A stretch of 64,000 bases of DNA, taken from positions 6,908 to 70,907 of the forward strand of contig DASZAY010000009.1 of assembly GCA_035944555.1 (NCBI GenBank). The letters run 5' to 3'. Below, in pieces: positions 47,880 through 56,776 of the stretch (position 1 is the stretch's first letter; each line of letters begins with the position of its first letter). The translations under genes were made by a program, and so were the position numbers. Below the pieces are notes generated by a model. It was not told the DNA's origin, did no database searches, and was given only the letters and a program-made list of their open reading frames with translations. This DNA comes from Thermomicrobiales bacterium. Lineage in GTDB: Bacteria; Chloroflexota; Chloroflexia; Thermomicrobiales; UBA6265.

Positions 47880-48707
47880 TCAGAAGGTCTCGATCGGCGA
47901 GGACTGAGCGGGTCGGGCCGTCACGATCAAGCGCTCGCTGGTGTCGGTCAGCGGATCCAGTTCCCATGATCCATAGACCTGGATGTCCTGCCAGCCGGTG
48001 AGTTCCAGCATCAGGAGCAGCTCGGACGGGTAGAGCCACCGCAACTCGAACCCGGTGACGCGGCGTCGCATGGTCCCATCGGGCGCAACCACGTCGTACC
48101 ACATCGTCGTAGCGATGATCTGGTCGGCGGAGGAAATCTTCCGGTCGCTGGTCTTCATCACCCGGGTACCGTCGGGCATCTCCCAGGAGCCGTCGAGCGC
48201 GGTGCCGGCCAGTTGCTGGAGCGCCTCGGGGGACGGGTTGAGGACATCGATGATCAGCTGTCCCTGGTCGTCGCACGCCTGCCGGGCGCCAGCGAGGACC
48301 CGCCGCTGCTCGTCGGCGTCCGTAGCGTGGAGCAGGCTGTTCAGGCCGATGATGACCAGGCCGAACGGGCCGCCGGGCGCTGACGCGGCGTTGGCCATGT
48401 CAAGGGCGACCAGGTGGTAGTCCGGCACGCCAACGATCGACTCCAGCGCGTCGCGAGCCCGGTCCAGCATCGGCTCGGACAGATCGACGCCGGTAACACG
48501 GTAACCGGCCCTGGCCAGGGGGACGAGGATCCGGCCGGTGCCACAGGCCAGCTCCAGGATCGGGTCACCACTGGCATAGGCGAACTGCTTGTAGAGCTCG
48601 ACGTCGTCGGTCAGCCCCTCGTGCTCGAGGTCGTAGAGATCGGGGATGGCGGCGTAGGGGTCCGGGCGCTCACCGGGAAGGGGACGCTCGTCGAGCAGGC
48701 GATCCAT
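47880..48707 (-). CDS. class I SAM-dependent methyltransferase
   Basis: ILELACGTGRILVPLARAGYRVTGVDLSEPML, covering motif I and post-I. Confidence 0.8.
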   Translation of the reverse strand: MDRLLDERPLPGERPDPYAAIPDLYDLEHEGLTDDVELYKQFAYASGDPILELACGTGRILVPLARAGYRVTGVDLSEPMLDRARDALESIVGVPDYHLVALDMANAASAPGGPFGLVIIGLNSLLHATDADEQRRVLAGARQACDDQGQLIIDVLNPSPEALQQLAGTALDGSWEMPDGTRVMKTSDRKISSADQIIATTMWYDVVAPDGTMRRRVTGFELRWLYPSELLLMLELTGWQDIQVYGSWELDPLTDTSERLIVTARPAQSSPIETF

Positions 48708-48750
48708 GCGGTCGGCTCCGGGTGATCAGGGCGTGGTGACGCGAGGACGA

Positions 48751-49323
48751 TCAACCGTGCCGGTCGTCGCGCTCGTCGTCGTAGTAGTCCTCGTCGTCTT
48801 CGTCGGCGGGGCGGTGGCCGCCCGCCTCGTCGATGACTTCGTCCAACCGGGAGACGGCGTCGCGCATGGCGGTGTGAATGAGGTCGAAGCCCTCGCGGAT
48901 GGCGGCCTCGAACTCGGTCAGTCGCTGCAGCGCGAAGACCTCGACCTCGCCGATCCCGCGGCGACGCTCCTCGGCCGCGTGGCGAAGCAGTTGCTCGCTG
49001 CGCTGACGGACCTCGTTGAGGATGGCGTCACCACTGGCCCAGTACTCGCCCCGTGACCGTGCGGCCGTGAGGATCTTCGCCGCCTCGGTCTGGGCCTCGC
49101 CAAGGATGCGCTCCCGCTCGCGGACGATGCGCTGGGCCTGTCGGATCTCGCCCGGGACGGTCTGCCGAAGCAGGTCGACGAGCTCGACCATGCGTGCCTC
49201 GTCGACCATGATGCTGTGCGAGAACGGCATCTTCCGGCTCTCGTCCAGCAGCTCCTGGAGCTGCTCGATGAGATCGACGATGTCGGCGGGCGGTCCCTCG
49301 TACGGCGGGTCGTTGTGGTCCAT
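48751..49323 (-). CDS. hypothetical coiled-coil protein with an acidic C-terminus
   Basis: The start was set at ATG 49323 (MDHNDPPYEG), so the gene does not overlap coaD. The sequence is Arg/Glu-rich and helical. I could not confidently name a family. Confidence 0.55.
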   Translation of the reverse strand: MDHNDPPYEGPPADIVDLIEQLQELLDESRKMPFSHSIMVDEARMVELVDLLRQTVPGEIRQAQRIVRERERILGEAQTEAAKILTAARSRGEYWASGDAILNEVRQRSEQLLRHAAEERRRGIGEVEVFALQRLTEFEAAIREGFDLIHTAMRDAVSRLDEVIDEAGGHRPADEDDEDYYDDERDDRHG

Positions 49324-49378
49324 GCGGCTGGTCAGTCCTCTTGCGGGGCGGACAGGACGGGTCGCGGTCGGGTCCAGG

Positions 49379-49891
49379 CTAGCGGTAGCCAGGGCTGAAG
49401 CGCTGCTCGAGCGCGCGCTGCACGTTAGCCGGGACCAGCCCGGAGACGTCGCCGTTGAGCGACGCGACCTCACGGATCAGGCTGGAGCTGACGAACGCCT
49501 GCGGGGCGTTGGTCATCAGGCAGACGACTTCGATCTCCGGCGCGAGATGGTGATTCATATGCGCCAGCTTGAACTCATACTCGAAGTCGGTCACCGCCCG
49601 CAGGCCACGGACGATGACTCCGGCCTCCCGGCTCCGGGCGAACTCGGTCGACAGGCCAGTGTACCCCTCGACCCGCACCCGGGACAGTGTCGGGTTCGAG
49701 GGGGTCGCGTCACTCACGGCCTCCCGGATGAGCTCGATCCGCGCATCCCCGTCGAACATCCGGCCCGGCTTGGCGGCGTCCAGGTAGACCGCGACGATCA
49801 CCTCGTCGAACAGGCGGGTAGCACGTGACACGATGTCCATGTGACCGAGGGTGATCGGGTCGAACGTGCCGGGGTAGACGGCGATCGTCAT
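49379..49891 (-). CDS. coaD: phosphopantetheine adenylyltransferase
   Basis: MTIAVYPGTFDPITLGHMDIVSRA and a full-length CoaD of 170 aa. Confidence 0.95.
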   Translation of the reverse strand: MTIAVYPGTFDPITLGHMDIVSRATRLFDEVIVAVYLDAAKPGRMFDGDARIELIREAVSDATPSNPTLSRVRVEGYTGLSTEFARSREAGVIVRGLRAVTDFEYEFKLAHMNHHLAPEIEVVCLMTNAPQAFVSSSLIREVASLNGDVSGLVPANVQRALEQRFSPGYR

Positions 49892-50520
49892 CGGTGCCGC
49901 TCCTGGGTCAAGTCGTCGGGTGAGATCGGGGCGGGCGTGGGAGGGGACGCCGTGTCGCTCACATCATCAGTGCGCTCGTAGACAGTGAAACAGCTGTCCC
50001 CGTGGCAGCGGCTCCGGAGCAGTGACAGCCGCCCGGCCCGCTCCGGCGGGGTGAGGCGGGGCCAGTGACCGAGAACGACGAGTGCGCCGGATTGTAGCAA
50101 CGTCGACTCTCCCAGCTGGACCAGCCGCTCGACGATGTCCTCGTCGGCGTAGGGTGGGTCCATGAAGACGAGGTCGAACGGCTCGCTGCCTATGGCACCG
50201 CGGGCGATGAAGGCGGCCACCGACGTCTGATGGGTGACGGTCACGTCGGTGTAGCGGCAGTGCTCGATGTTGGCCCGGACGACCGCCATCGCCTTGGGTG
50301 CCTGCTCGACGAACTCGGCCTGCAGGGCGCCGCGGGAAAGTGCCTCGATCCCGAGACCGCCGGTGCCGGCGTAGAGGTCCAGCACCCGGTCCGGCTCGGC
50401 CCCGAGCGAGGCCAGCATCGAGAAGAGCGCGCTCTTGATCTTGTCGGTCATCGGGCGGGTGCCGCGGTCAGCCGGGCCGCGCAGGCGGAACCCGCCTACC
50501 TCGCCGGCGATCACGCGCAT
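49888..50520 (-). CDS. rsmD: 16S rRNA (guanine966-N2)-methyltransferase RsmD
   Basis: MRVIAGEVGGFRL...TRPMTDKIKSALFSML...LDLYAGTGGLGIEALSRGA...FMDPPY. Only the last 633 nt of the 607-aa ORF-track entry were accepted. Confidence 0.85.
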   Translation of the reverse strand: MRVIAGEVGGFRLRGPADRGTRPMTDKIKSALFSMLASLGAEPDRVLDLYAGTGGLGIEALSRGALQAEFVEQAPKAMAVVRANIEHCRYTDVTVTHQTSVAAFIARGAIGSEPFDLVFMDPPYADEDIVERLVQLGESTLLQSGALVVLGHWPRLTPPERAGRLSLLRSRCHGDSCFTVYERTDDVSDTASPPTPAPISPDDLTQERHR

Positions 50521-50740
50521 GGTCGTTCCCGGGCAATGCGTGTCTGCATCGACGCAGTGTACGCGGCGCCCGGGCGACGTGCCGGGCGGGGCGGTTGCAC
50601 TGCGCCGGCCCGCATCGATGCGGCATACTGTCGGGTGACAGGGCCCGCGGTGATCTCCACCGGCGGGCCGCTCCATGCCGGCCCCGCCGCGATCCCCGCG
50701 GCCGCGCCGGACCACGCATCGCACCCCGGAAGGACCTCCC

Positions 50741-51853
50741 GTGGCCACCCAGCTCGTCATCATTGGTCTGCCCAGTTCCGGCAAGACGACCGTCTTCAAT
50801 GCCCTGACCCGCGCCGAAGCCGCCACCGGCACCTTTGGCGCGTCCGGCGACGAGCCCAACCTGGCGACGGTCAAGGTCCCTGATGCCCGGCTCGACAAGC
50901 TGACGGAAATGTTCAACCCGCAGCGCAAGATGGCCGCCGACGTCCAGTACCTCGACGTGGCTGGTGTCGCCAAGGGCATGGCTGAGAAGGGGATGGGCGG
51001 CAAGCTGCTCGGGCACCTGTCGCAGGCCGACGCGCTGGTCCACGTCGTCCGCGCCTTCGAGGACGAGAACACGCCGCACCCGGATGGCAGCGTCGACCCG
51101 AACCGCGACATCGAGACGCTCAACCTGGAACTGACCTTCTCCGACCTCGGGGTCGTCGAGAAGCGGCTCGACCGGCTCCAGGGACAAATCCCGAAGACGC
51201 GCGGTGCCGAACGCGAGCAGTACGAGCGCGAGCAGGTGATCCTCCAGGGCTTCAAGGAAGCGCTCGAGAACGAGACGCCGATCCGCGAGGTGATTGGCGA
51301 GGTCGATCCCGACGACGTCCGCCTGATCCGCGGCTTCGGCTTCCTGACCCAGAAGCCGCTGCTGCTGCTGCTCAACACCGGTGAGGACCAGATCGGCGAG
51401 GCCGGCGAGAAGCTGGTCGCCGACGCCCGCGAGCGGTTTGGGCGTCCCGGTGTCGCCGTCGAGTCCATCGCCGGCCAGATCGAGATGGAGATCGTCCGGC
51501 TGGATGCTGACGACGCGGCGGTGTTCATGGAGGACCTCGGGATCACCGAGTCCGGCCTGGACCGCGTCATCGCCCGCTCGTTCGATCTGCTCGGCCTGAT
51601 GCCGTTCTTCACCGTCGGACCGGATGAATGCCGTGCCTGGACCATCCGCCGAGGTGCCTCGGCCGTCGAGGCTGCCGGCGCAATCCACTCCGACATCGCC
51701 CGCGGCTTCATCCGGGCCGAGGTCGTCGGCTACGACGACTTCATCGCCGCCGGCTCGATGGCGGAGACCAAGCGGCTCGGCACCTTCCGGCGGGAAGGCA
51801 AGACCTACGTCGTCAATGACGGCGACATCATCAACTTCCTCTTCAACGTCTGA
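50741..51853 (+). CDS. ychF: redox-regulated ATPase YchF
   Basis: IIGLPSSGKTTVFNALT, the helical insertion and the C-terminal TGS domain (...IRAEVVGYDDFI...GKTYVVNDGDIINFLFNV). The start was set at GTG 50741. Confidence 0.9.
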   Translation: MATQLVIIGLPSSGKTTVFNALTRAEAATGTFGASGDEPNLATVKVPDARLDKLTEMFNPQRKMAADVQYLDVAGVAKGMAEKGMGGKLLGHLSQADALVHVVRAFEDENTPHPDGSVDPNRDIETLNLELTFSDLGVVEKRLDRLQGQIPKTRGAEREQYEREQVILQGFKEALENETPIREVIGEVDPDDVRLIRGFGFLTQKPLLLLLNTGEDQIGEAGEKLVADARERFGRPGVAVESIAGQIEMEIVRLDADDAAVFMEDLGITESGLDRVIARSFDLLGLMPFFTVGPDECRAWTIRRGASAVEAAGAIHSDIARGFIRAEVVGYDDFIAAGSMAETKRLGTFRREGKTYVVNDGDIINFLFNV

Positions 51854-51911
51854 TCAGTAGGGTCGCTTGCCGTCCTGGCGGGAGGCGACCCTGACGGCGA
51901 AGGAGGTCCGC

Positions 51912-52658
51912 GTGGTTGACGAATTCGACGAGGACGACGAATCGGTCGACATCACGCTGCGTCCGGCGGCTGAAGTGGCGATGCGGCTGATCGGCCTGAC
52001 GGCGGCCGTCCGGCGCTCGATGCTTGAGCTGGACCCGTCCGGCGATGCCGAGGGGGATCGCTTCGACCTGGCTGCCTGGCTGCGGGAGGAGCGCCTGACC
52101 CCGCACCTGACCGCCGACGAGCGCAAGATGGTCGAGACGAGGCTCGGTGGGCTAGACCCGGATGAGGCTGGCGACGCGGGCTGGCGGATCGAAGCCGTCG
52201 CCGTCCTCGCATGGGCCGCCGGGCTGATCGACGAGCGGCCGCGCTACGACCTGCCGGCACCACCTGCCGAGCTGCTGGCGCTGGTCCCGGAGCCATGGGA
52301 CAAGGCCCAGCCGTTCCGGCAGGCCATCGAGTTGCGACCCGAGGACGAGATCGCCTGGGCCCGCGAGGAAGCGGAGCTGTGGCGGTGGCGGGGTGAGGTG
52401 GAGACGGAAGAGGGAGCCGGCGGGGCGAGCCCGGCCGAGATCCGCCAGCTGATCCGCCAGGTCGCCGCCGACTCCGCACGCACCGGTCTGTTCGAGAAGC
52501 CCGTTGGCAACGACTTCCCGGTGGCCAAGCGCCCGTATCGCGACCTGGGCTCCGACGAGCGCGAGCTGCTGACCGACCTCGCGAGTGAGCGCCTCCGCGC
52601 CCTCAACTGGCTCTGCGGCTTCGGTGAGGATTGGGACGACACGCCACTCGACGTCTAG
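51912..52658 (+). CDS. hypothetical protein (possibly DUF4272-like)
   Basis: The start was set at GTG 51912 with AAGGAGG 5 nt upstream. The protein is acidic and Trp-rich ([15 protein letters not shown]). The family assignment is from memory only. Confidence 0.55.
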   Translation: MVDEFDEDDESVDITLRPAAEVAMRLIGLTAAVRRSMLELDPSGDAEGDRFDLAAWLREERLTPHLTADERKMVETRLGGLDPDEAGDAGWRIEAVAVLAWAAGLIDERPRYDLPAPPAELLALVPEPWDKAQPFRQAIELRPEDEIAWAREEAELWRWRGEVETEEGAGGASPAEIRQLIRQVAADSARTGLFEKPVGNDFPVAKRPYRDLGSDERELLTDLASERLRALNWLCGFGEDWDDTPLDV

Positions 52659-52711
52659 CTTCTGCTCATTGTCGAAACCTGGCGCACTTGTCTGATGTGT
52701 ACCATCGGTCC

Positions 52712-52750
52712 TTGACATTCGATGACGATCTAATAAGATGTACATCGAAT
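52712..52750 (+). promoter_or_regulatory. promoter (TTGACA-N16-TAAGAT) bracketed by an 8-bp perfect inverted repeat ATTCGATG...CATCGAAT (candidate ArsR-type operator)
   Basis: Read directly from the sequence. The -35 hexamer is at 52712-52717 and the -10 hexamer at 52734-52739. The repeat arms are at 52717-52724 and 52743-52750. Confidence 0.55.
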
Positions 52751-52762
52751 AATGAGGAGATC

Positions 52763-53455
52763 ATGAACGAATCCGACAAACCAGAGGTACCGGCTGACCG
52801 GTATGAGGAGATCGCCCGGGCGTTCCGGGTACTATCCGACCCGATGCGATTGCGCATCCTTGGACTGATCGCTGGACGGCCGATGACGGGCGTCGAGATC
52901 GCGGCCGCGTTGTCGCTCTCCACGCCGACGGTGAGCCACCACATGACGCGTTTGGAGAAGGCGGGGCTGATCCGGCACACGGCTGACCGGACGAGCAAGG
53001 TCTACGAGCTGCAGGCCGTCTTTTTCGACCCGCAGACTCTCGGAGCGCCGCCTGCCCGGCGGACGGACGACGGGCAGACCGACGACGAGCGGTTCCGGGC
53101 GCGCACGCTCCGGTCGTTCTTCGATGGCCGGCGGCTGCGAACCATCCCGGCCAAGCGCAAGCAGCTCGTCATCGTGATCCAGGAGCTGCTGACCTGGTTC
53201 GAGCCGGACCGTGACTACGCCGAGCGTGAGGTGAATGACATCCTCCGCGAAGCCCATGAGGACGTCGCGACGCTTCGCCGTGAGCTGGTCGACTACGGGT
53301 ACATGCGCCGCGCCGCCGGGATCTACCGGGTGGCGACGGCGCTACCCGAACGCTCGGTCCAGTTGCGGCAGGAGATGACCGGCGACGAGGGCCAGTGGTT
53401 GGCGCGCCTGCTCGCCGACGCCACGCGCGACGCGATCACCGCCGGGCGGGGCTGA
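52763..53455 (+). CDS. ArsR-family transcriptional regulator fused to a DUF2087 domain
   Basis: FRVLSDPMRLRILGLI...GVEIAAALSLSTPTVSHHMTRLEKAGLI is the ArsR HTH. The C-terminal FFDGRRLRTIPAKRKQ...EREVNDIL is typical of DUF2087. ATG 52763 follows GAGGAGA. Confidence 0.8.
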   Translation: MNESDKPEVPADRYEEIARAFRVLSDPMRLRILGLIAGRPMTGVEIAAALSLSTPTVSHHMTRLEKAGLIRHTADRTSKVYELQAVFFDPQTLGAPPARRTDDGQTDDERFRARTLRSFFDGRRLRTIPAKRKQLVIVIQELLTWFEPDRDYAEREVNDILREAHEDVATLRRELVDYGYMRRAAGIYRVATALPERSVQLRQEMTGDEGQWLARLLADATRDAITAGRG

Positions 53456-54164
53456 CAGCCCCTTCAGGCTCGCGCAGCTCCCGGAACCCGGTCAGGCCCG
53501 CCTCGACGAACGCCCGGATCAGGTTCGGGTCCTTGATCCCGTCACGCTCGACGCCACTGCTGACGTCGACGAATAACGGGCGGACCGTAGTAATCGCCTC
53601 GCCGACGTTTTCCGGCGTCAGCCCGCCGGCGATGCCCAGCGGGTGTCCAGATTCTCTGGAAGCTCTGGAGACGAGATCCCAGTCGGCCCGCACTCCCGTT
53701 CCGCCATGCGCGTGGGGATCGTATCCGTCCACCATGAAGGCCATCGGCGGGTGGTCGATCGAGCGGTGCGCAACGATCCGGTTCTTCAGGTCGGCGGCAC
53801 TCTGACCGGGCGGGATCCGGAAAGCCCTGATCGCCGGTCGGTCGAGCTTGCTGACGAACAGGGCGTCCTCGTCGCCGTTCAGCTGAACGAGATCCAGGTG
53901 GGCAGCGCGGATGGCCTCGTTGACGTTCTCGGCGGACGGGTTGACGAAGACGCCGACGGTGCGTGCCCCGGTGCCGGTCGCGTGGACGGCGTCACTGATC
54001 AGACGGGCCGTCCGGTGATCGACCTGGCGGCGGGTCGGCGCGAAAATCATCCCGATCAGCGTGGCGCCCGCCTGCACCGCGACAACGGCGTCCTCCGGGG
54101 TGCGGATGCCGCAGACCTTGACGGTATCGCGGGCGATCTCAGGTGTCGGCTGGCTAGATGACAC
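53436..54164 (-). CDS. trpF: phosphoribosylanthranilate isomerase
   Basis: VKVCGIRTPEDA...GMIFAPTRRQV...DVSSGVE. It is the last gene of the trp cluster. Confidence 0.85.
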   Translation of the reverse strand: MSSSQPTPEIARDTVKVCGIRTPEDAVVAVQAGATLIGMIFAPTRRQVDHRTARLISDAVHATGTGARTVGVFVNPSAENVNEAIRAAHLDLVQLNGDEDALFVSKLDRPAIRAFRIPPGQSAADLKNRIVAHRSIDHPPMAFMVDGYDPHAHGGTGVRADWDLVSRASRESGHPLGIAGGLTPENVGEAITTVRPLFVDVSSGVERDGIKDPNLIRAFVEAGLTGFRELREPEGAVSPARR

Positions 54165-54990
54165 CGGGCTGTCCTTCCCGGAGGGTCCGGACGGCGGCGG
54201 TGCGGTCGGGCTGAACGATCAGGCTCTCGCCGACCAGGACGGCGCTGACGCCGCAGTCGGCCATCCGTCCCAGGTCGGCGGCGGTGAAGATGCCGCTCTC
54301 GCCGACCAGCAGCGTGCCAGCCGGTACCATCGGTGCCAGCCGCTCGGTCGTCGCCAGGTCGACGCGGAAATCGCGCAGGTCGCGGTTGTTGATCCCGATG
54401 TTGTCAGCACCGGCCGCGATGGCCCGCCGCATCTCCTCCTCGTCGTGGACTTCGGTCAGCACGCTTAGCCCGAGGCCGGTCGCGGTGGACATGAGACGCG
54501 CCAGCGTGGCGTCGTCCAGCGCCGCGACGATCAGCAGGATCACGTCGGCGCCGTAGGCCCTAGCCTCGACCAGCTGGTACTCGTCGAGCATGAAGTCCTT
54601 GCGGAGCACAGGGCGGGGCGGCGCGGCGTCCGCGACCGTATCGACGGCTACCGCGAGGTCGTCCAGCGACCCATGGAAGAATGGCCCGTCGGTCAGGACG
54701 GACAGCGCCGCCGCGCCGCCCGCGACGTAGGCACCCGCGACCTTGGCGACGTCGATGGTGGCCGGGAACATGCCGCGCGACGGCGAACCGCGCTTGATCT
54801 CGGCAATCACCGAGACGCCGGGTCCACCGATCGCGTCCCGTAGCGGTCGTGCGGCGGGTCGATCGGCGGCACGCCGCTCGAGCTCGGTGACCGGGACAGC
54901 GGCCCGCCGGTCCGTCAGATCCGCGGCGGTGCGCTCCAGGATCCGGTCGAGGACGGTGCCAGTCGCCAACCACTGGGCTTCGGTCGTCAT
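54154..54990 (-). CDS. trpC: indole-3-glycerol phosphate synthase
   Basis: VIAEIKRGSPSRG...LRKDFMLDEYQLVEARAYGADVILLI...GINNRDLRDF. Confidence 0.9.
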   Translation of the reverse strand: MTTEAQWLATGTVLDRILERTAADLTDRRAAVPVTELERRAADRPAARPLRDAIGGPGVSVIAEIKRGSPSRGMFPATIDVAKVAGAYVAGGAAALSVLTDGPFFHGSLDDLAVAVDTVADAAPPRPVLRKDFMLDEYQLVEARAYGADVILLIVAALDDATLARLMSTATGLGLSVLTEVHDEEEMRRAIAAGADNIGINNRDLRDFRVDLATTERLAPMVPAGTLLVGESGIFTAADLGRMADCGVSAVLVGESLIVQPDRTAAVRTLREGQPGVI

Positions 54991-56075
54991 GCGTCTACTC
55001 CCACGGGGTCGGCGGTCAGCGCCTGGGAGACCTCAGCCAGCCGTTCGACCCGGGCGAGAGCCGAACCGTCGTCCAGCACCGCCCGCGCCAGTTCGATCCC
55101 GTCGCCTATCGAACTGACCCGATCGGCGGCGTAGATCGCGGCTCCCGCGTTCATTAGCACCACGTCCCGTCGCGGCCCGGACTCACCCTCGAGGATCGCC
55201 ATGGTGATCCGGACGTTGTCGGCGACGTCACCGCCACGGAGGTCGTCCGGGGCGCCACGCTCCAGGCCGAAATCCTCCGGCGTGACGCGGTACTCGCGCG
55301 TCTCGCCGCTCCGGGCGTCGTAATCCGTGACCAGCGTCCCGCCGGCGATGCCGATTTCGTCCAGTCCTTCGTCGGCACGAACCAGGACGGCGTGCTGGCA
55401 GCCGAGGGCCGCGAGCGCCTGGGCCAGCTTCGGGGCGATCCCGTTCTGCCCGACGCCGATGAGCTGGTGCCTGGCCCCGGCCGGGTTGGTGAGCGGGCCG
55501 AGAATGTTGAAGATCGTCCGAATCCCGATCTCGCGCCGGGTCGGGCCGACGTACCGCATCGCCGGGTGGAAGGCCGGGGCGTACATGAAGCCGATACCGA
55601 CCTGCCGGATGCACTCGGCGACCTGCTCAGGGGCCAGCTCGATCGCGATCCCCAGCCCCTCCAGCAGGTCAGCCGAGCCGCACTGGCTGGTGATGGAGCG
55701 ATTGCCATGCTTGGCGATGTTCACCCCGGCGGCGGCGATGATGAACGACGCGGTCGTCGAGATGTTGAAGCTGTTGGAGTGGTCGCCGCCGGTCCCGCAG
55801 GTGTCGACGACGTACTCCAGATTGTCAGGCAGTTGGACGTGAATGGCGTTGTCGCGCATCGCCGAGGCAAAGCCGGCGATCTCGTCGACCGTCTCGCCCC
55901 GGAGCCGGAGCGCCGTGACGAGGGCCGCGATCTGGGCGCCGGTCGCTTCACCCTCCATGATCGCGCCCATGACGGCGGCCGCTCGCTCGCGATCGAGGAC
56001 GTCACCCTCGACCACCGCGGTGATCGCGGTCTTGATATCGGACGCCGCGACGGACGTCGGTGCCGTGACTGTCAT
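54987..56075 (-). CDS. trpD: anthranilate phosphoribosyltransferase
   Basis: VDTCGTGGDHSNSFNISTTA...KHGNRSITSQCGSADLLE...IFNILGPLTNPA. Confidence 0.92.
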   Translation of the reverse strand: MTVTAPTSVAASDIKTAITAVVEGDVLDRERAAAVMGAIMEGEATGAQIAALVTALRLRGETVDEIAGFASAMRDNAIHVQLPDNLEYVVDTCGTGGDHSNSFNISTTASFIIAAAGVNIAKHGNRSITSQCGSADLLEGLGIAIELAPEQVAECIRQVGIGFMYAPAFHPAMRYVGPTRREIGIRTIFNILGPLTNPAGARHQLIGVGQNGIAPKLAQALAALGCQHAVLVRADEGLDEIGIAGGTLVTDYDARSGETREYRVTPEDFGLERGAPDDLRGGDVADNVRITMAILEGESGPRRDVVLMNAGAAIYAADRVSSIGDGIELARAVLDDGSALARVERLAEVSQALTADPVGVDA

Positions 56076-56095
56076 CCCGGATCCTCCCTTCGCGG

Positions 56096-56731
56096 CTAGT
56101 AGCCCAGTGGGACGCGGTCGTCGGACGCTCCGGCGGTGGCCAGTTCCCGCCGGTCGCCGCCCGCAAGGAAGTTCGCCAGCAGGTCCTTGCCTGGCAGCGT
56201 CATGATCGACTCCGGGTGGAACTGGACCCCCTCGATGTCGAGTTCGCGGTGGCGGAAGCCCATTACGAGCCCGTCCTCCGTCTCGGCGGTGACCTCCAGT
56301 TCATCGGGCAACGTCTCGCGATCGACGACCAGCGAGTGGTAGCGGATCGCCTCGAATGGCGTCGGCAGGTCGTGGAACACGCCCTGACCCTCGTGATGGA
56401 CCAGCGACGTCTTGCCGTGCATCAGGCTCGGAGCGCGGACGACGTCGCCCCCGAACGCCGCGCCGATCGCTTGGTGTCCGAGGCAGACGCCGAGGATCGG
56501 GACCTTGCCAGCCAGTTCGCGGACCAGTGGGACGGAGATGCCTGCCTCGGCCGGCGTGCAGGGTCCGGGCGACAGGACGACCTTCTCGATCTCGCCGGAG
56601 GCGACGCGGGCCGCCACCTCGTCGACCGTCGTCTGGTCGTTGCGAACGACTTCGACCTCGGCGCCGAGTTCGCGCAGGTACTGGTACAGGTTGAACGTGA
56701 AGGAGTCGTAGTTGTCGAGCAGGAAGATCAT
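56096..56731 (-). CDS. trpG: anthranilate synthase component II (glutamine amidotransferase)
   Basis: [19 protein letters not shown]...[12 protein letters not shown]...GVQFHPES. Confidence 0.9.
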   Translation of the reverse strand: MIFLLDNYDSFTFNLYQYLRELGAEVEVVRNDQTTVDEVAARVASGEIEKVVLSPGPCTPAEAGISVPLVRELAGKVPILGVCLGHQAIGAAFGGDVVRAPSLMHGKTSLVHHEGQGVFHDLPTPFEAIRYHSLVVDRETLPDELEVTAETEDGLVMGFRHRELDIEGVQFHPESIMTLPGKDLLANFLAGGDRRELATAGASDDRVPLGY

Positions 56732-56776
56732 GGCTTAAGCCTCCGGTCAAGATGGCTGGGAATGGGGGAGGGTGGG

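Noticed and set aside
49888-51711. 607-aa minus-strand ORF
   Set aside because: Only the 3'-terminal 633 nt (49888..50520) encode RsmD, starting at MRVIAGE. The remainder is antisense to ychF and to the divergent intergenic region.
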